A stretch of 64,000 bases of DNA, taken from the NCBI GenBank assembly GCA_963700985.1, contig OY969554.1, positions 928,001-992,000 of the forward strand, written 5' to 3'. The position numbers and the translations under genes are program-made. Origin of the DNA: an uncultured Chlamydiales bacterium. Lineage in GTDB: Bacteria; Chlamydiota; Chlamydiia; Chlamydiales; Rhabdochlamydiaceae. Below are positions 61,486 through 64,000 of the stretch, in pieces (positions within the stretch are counted from its first letter, which is position 1; every line of letters begins with the position of its first letter). The notes beneath the pieces were generated by a model that made no database searches, was not told the origin of the DNA, and saw only the letters and a list, made by a program, of their open reading frames with translations.

Positions 61486-62361
61486 ATGATTTCTCGAAAC
61501 GATCCCTGCTGGTGCGGAAGTAATGCCAAGTGGAAAAAATGCCACTTTCCTACTCCCCCGCCCTCAGGTCCCATCTATCTCGCCGAGCAGTATCTAAAAA
61601 AATTCGGCATCCTCATCAAGAATGCAGATCAGATCGCCGGCATCAAACACGCATGCACGCTGGCAGCAAGCATTCTAGATAAACTATGCAAAATGGCTGT
61701 GGCAGGCGTGACCACCAACGCATTGAATGAGTACGCCAACAAACTGCACAATGAAGCCGGCGCGATTCCCGCCCCGTTGGGTTATGGCTCTCCCCCTTTC
61801 CCTAAAAGCATCTGCACCTCTTTAAACGAAGTGATTTGTCACGGTATTCCCAATGATATCCCCCTAAAAGAAGGTGATATCGTCAATATCGATGTCACCT
61901 CGTTAATCAATGGCTATTATGGCGACTGCAGCGCGATGGTCTGTATTGGAAAAGTAGATGCGGACAAGCAGAAAGTCGTGGATGTTTCTTACGAATGCCT
62001 CATGCGCTCAATCGCCATTTTAAAGCCCGGCGTGCTGCTGCATGAAATTGGCGATGTGATTGAAGATTATGCTCGCAAACAGAACTGCTCAGTCGTGAAT
62101 CAATTTGCAGGACACGGCATCGGCATTGGCTTCCATGAGCCACCCCAGATCGCGCATCATTATAATCACATGAAAATCCCTCTTGTCGAGGGCATGACTT
62201 TTACGATCGAACCCATGATCAACGCCGGCGTACGCACAGCCGTTATCGATCCCAACGATCGCTGGACCGCCCGCACCGAAGATGGCCGCCCCAGCGCTCA
62301 ATGGGAACACACCATACTTATCACCGCTTCTGGCTACGAAATCCTCACCAAGCTCCCTTGA
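61486..62361 (+). CDS. map: Methionine aminopeptidase with N-terminal SEC-C motif
   Basis: NDPCWCGS..WKKCH, CHGIP, GHGIG, IEPM, AQWEHT. Confidence 0.96.
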   Translation: MISRNDPCWCGSNAKWKKCHFPTPPPSGPIYLAEQYLKKFGILIKNADQIAGIKHACTLAASILDKLCKMAVAGVTTNALNEYANKLHNEAGAIPAPLGYGSPPFPKSICTSLNEVICHGIPNDIPLKEGDIVNIDVTSLINGYYGDCSAMVCIGKVDADKQKVVDVSYECLMRSIAILKPGVLLHEIGDVIEDYARKQNCSVVNQFAGHGIGIGFHEPPQIAHHYNHMKIPLVEGMTFTIEPMINAGVRTAVIDPNDRWTARTEDGRPSAQWEHTILITASGYEILTKLP

Positions 62362-62371
62362 TTCTTGTTTG

Positions 62372-62399
62372 GAGTGCGTGCGACAAAGTCGCCGCACTC
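62372..62399. repeat. GC-rich REP-like hairpin or terminator between convergent genes
   Basis: GAGTGCG-t-GCGAC-aaa-GTCGC-CGCACTC. Confidence 0.6.
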
Positions 62400-62410
62400 T
62401 AAAAAAAACA

Positions 62411-63862
62411 TCACTTGTCTGCTAGTCTTCTAAGAACATCGTCATTCTCTTTGACAGTCTGATTTAGCAGCTTTTTGAAATGTGAGTCACTCTGATGGCA
62501 AAGCGAGAGGATACGCGCAACGGTTAGAAATCCCTGCTCGAAACGATCCAGGCTAAAATGCTCATTGGGAGCGTGGATGTTGTCATCATCGAGGCCCATG
62601 CCAAAGAGCACGGCATCAGCGCCAGATGCTTCTACAAGCGCAGGAACGATGGGAACGGACGCCCCACACAATTGATAACGACATGGCTGTCCGAAGACAT
62701 CTTCGAGGGCTTGCGCAGTAACTTTAGCAGCGGATGAATTCATAGAAGCTTGAAAGGCTTTTGCACCTTCAAAGAGTTTCGTTTCGACATGCATGCCTTT
62801 TGGGGCGTGCTGCGTTAAAAAATTCAAAACGCTCTGCCCAACTTTTTGCGGATCTTGTTCGCCCACTAATCTGCAGGAGAGCTTCGCTTCAGCTTTGGCA
62901 GGAATCACAGTTTTAACTCCAGCGCCTGCATAGCCGCCTGTCATGCCATTAATCTCGAGCGCCGGACGCAGCCAATTTGATTCCAACGGCGAATAACTAT
63001 TCTCGATTGCCAAAGCTTTTACGCCAAATTTATGCGTATATTCCTCAAAATCAAAGCGCATATCCAACTTTGCCAGATCATGTCTGGGAAAGGCTTTTAC
63101 GCCTTCATAGAACCCAGGAACCGCAACTCTTCCATCTTCATCCCACAAACGCGCCAAGGCTGAAGCTAAAGCTCGATTGGGATTCAACGCAATGCCACCA
63201 TGAATGCCAGAATGGAGATCCGTATGAGCATTGCTATATGTAACAGTGCCAGTTACAAGACCGCGCATTCCCAGCGTAATGCCTGGCACATTAGCTTTAG
63301 GCATATCGAAATCAATCACAAATAGATGGTCGGCTTTAAGGTCGATCTTCTTTTGCGCAAGAAAAGCTGTTGTGCCTTTGCTGCCACACTCTTCTTCACC
63401 TTCGATAAAAATTTTAAGATTAAAATTGGCCTGTTTAGATAAATCTAGAAAAGCCTTAATTGCGCTGACTGAATAGAAACACTGTCCTTTATTGTCGACG
63501 GCTCCGCGTGCATAGACCACATTGTCTTTTAACACGGGCTTAAATGGATCAGAATGCCAAAGTTCAAGCGGATCGACGGGCTGCACATCATAGTGCTGAT
63601 AAATTAATACCGTAGGGCGACTTGGTCCTGCTTTCAAATGCGTGGCAAATACCACGGGCTTCCCACTGGTTTCTAAAACAGAACTATCAAGGCCAATCTG
63701 TTTCAAATAGCTTGAAAGCCATTCAGCGGTTTTTTGAGTTTCGTTTGAAAATTGCGGATCTGTGCTGATGCTGGGAAAGCTTAAAAAAGTGAAAAAATCG
63801 CGCAGAATCTCTTCGCGATGCGCGTCAAACCAGCGTTTGAAGTCTGCGACTGTTAGAGACAT
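62411..63862 (-). CDS. M20 family dipeptidase
   Basis: HYDVQP, ARGAVDNKG, EGEEE, HAPNE. Confidence 0.95.
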   Translation of the reverse strand: MSLTVADFKRWFDAHREEILRDFFTFLSFPSISTDPQFSNETQKTAEWLSSYLKQIGLDSSVLETSGKPVVFATHLKAGPSRPTVLIYQHYDVQPVDPLELWHSDPFKPVLKDNVVYARGAVDNKGQCFYSVSAIKAFLDLSKQANFNLKIFIEGEEECGSKGTTAFLAQKKIDLKADHLFVIDFDMPKANVPGITLGMRGLVTGTVTYSNAHTDLHSGIHGGIALNPNRALASALARLWDEDGRVAVPGFYEGVKAFPRHDLAKLDMRFDFEEYTHKFGVKALAIENSYSPLESNWLRPALEINGMTGGYAGAGVKTVIPAKAEAKLSCRLVGEQDPQKVGQSVLNFLTQHAPKGMHVETKLFEGAKAFQASMNSSAAKVTAQALEDVFGQPCRYQLCGASVPIVPALVEASGADAVLFGMGLDDDNIHAPNEHFSLDRFEQGFLTVARILSLCHQSDSHFKKLLNQTVKENDDVLRRLADK

Positions 63863-63874
63863 ATCAACCTCTGA

Positions 63875-64000
63875 TTAGAGTTGGATGTCGTCGTCGATAA
63901 CGCCCTGGGCGCTTTCAATAAGATAGGCTGCAAGACAGGCATCACCCTCATAACTCATCTCCACTTGCATATTGCCATCGGCGGATGGCTTACCGCATGT
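63875..64000 (-). CDS. C-terminal part of a small hypothetical protein (5'-truncated)
   Basis: Open frame TCGKPSADGNMQVEMSYEGDACLAAYLIESAQGVIDDDIQL*, ending just before the peptidase RBS. Confidence 0.7.
   Translation of the reverse strand, partial: TCGKPSADGNMQVEMSYEGDACLAAYLIESAQGVIDDDIQL

Noticed and set aside
61486-61550. SEC-C fusion on MetAP as a novelty
   Set aside because: This is the usual chlamydial MetAP architecture.
63875-64000. Suspected frameshift in the terminal partial gene
   Set aside because: Re-reading gave a continuous 42-codon frame to the stop.

Overview
Chromosomal window of an environmental Chlamydiae bacterium. The assignment is inferred from the chlamydial gene orders rpsA-nusA-infB-rbfA-truB-ribF-ychF-(rlmL)-sctU-sctV-copN-scc1-malQ...rpmB-PLD and rpe...efp-accB-accC, a SEC-C-fused MetAP, and Lpg1974/MOMP-like porins. 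Bases 1-17.5 kb, downstream of tRNA-Thr/tRNA-Tyr, are accessory. They hold a giant autotransporter with a duplicated passenger, an SDR, a CHLPS-type hydrolase, an F-box effector candidate, an MFS transporter, an NTF2 protein, a small TA-like pair, a TauD dioxygenase, a GH64-like glucanase next to a porin, an ankyrin protein and a multi-hairpin tRNA-anchored element. The rest is mostly core genes interrupted by insertions: GT23/YvcK/HAD between rpe and efp, a DMT inside the T3SS operon, and transglutaminase-TPR/Fic/sthA between malQ and rpmB. The best leads are the GH64-porin pair, the tRNA-Tyr antisense/hairpin element, a kinase-less RibF, the inserted glycosylation-like operon, a structured rpe leader and an operator-like repeat array upstream of fic. 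No CRISPR array, rRNA or transposase was seen. All family assignments come from motif recognition by eye, not from database searches.
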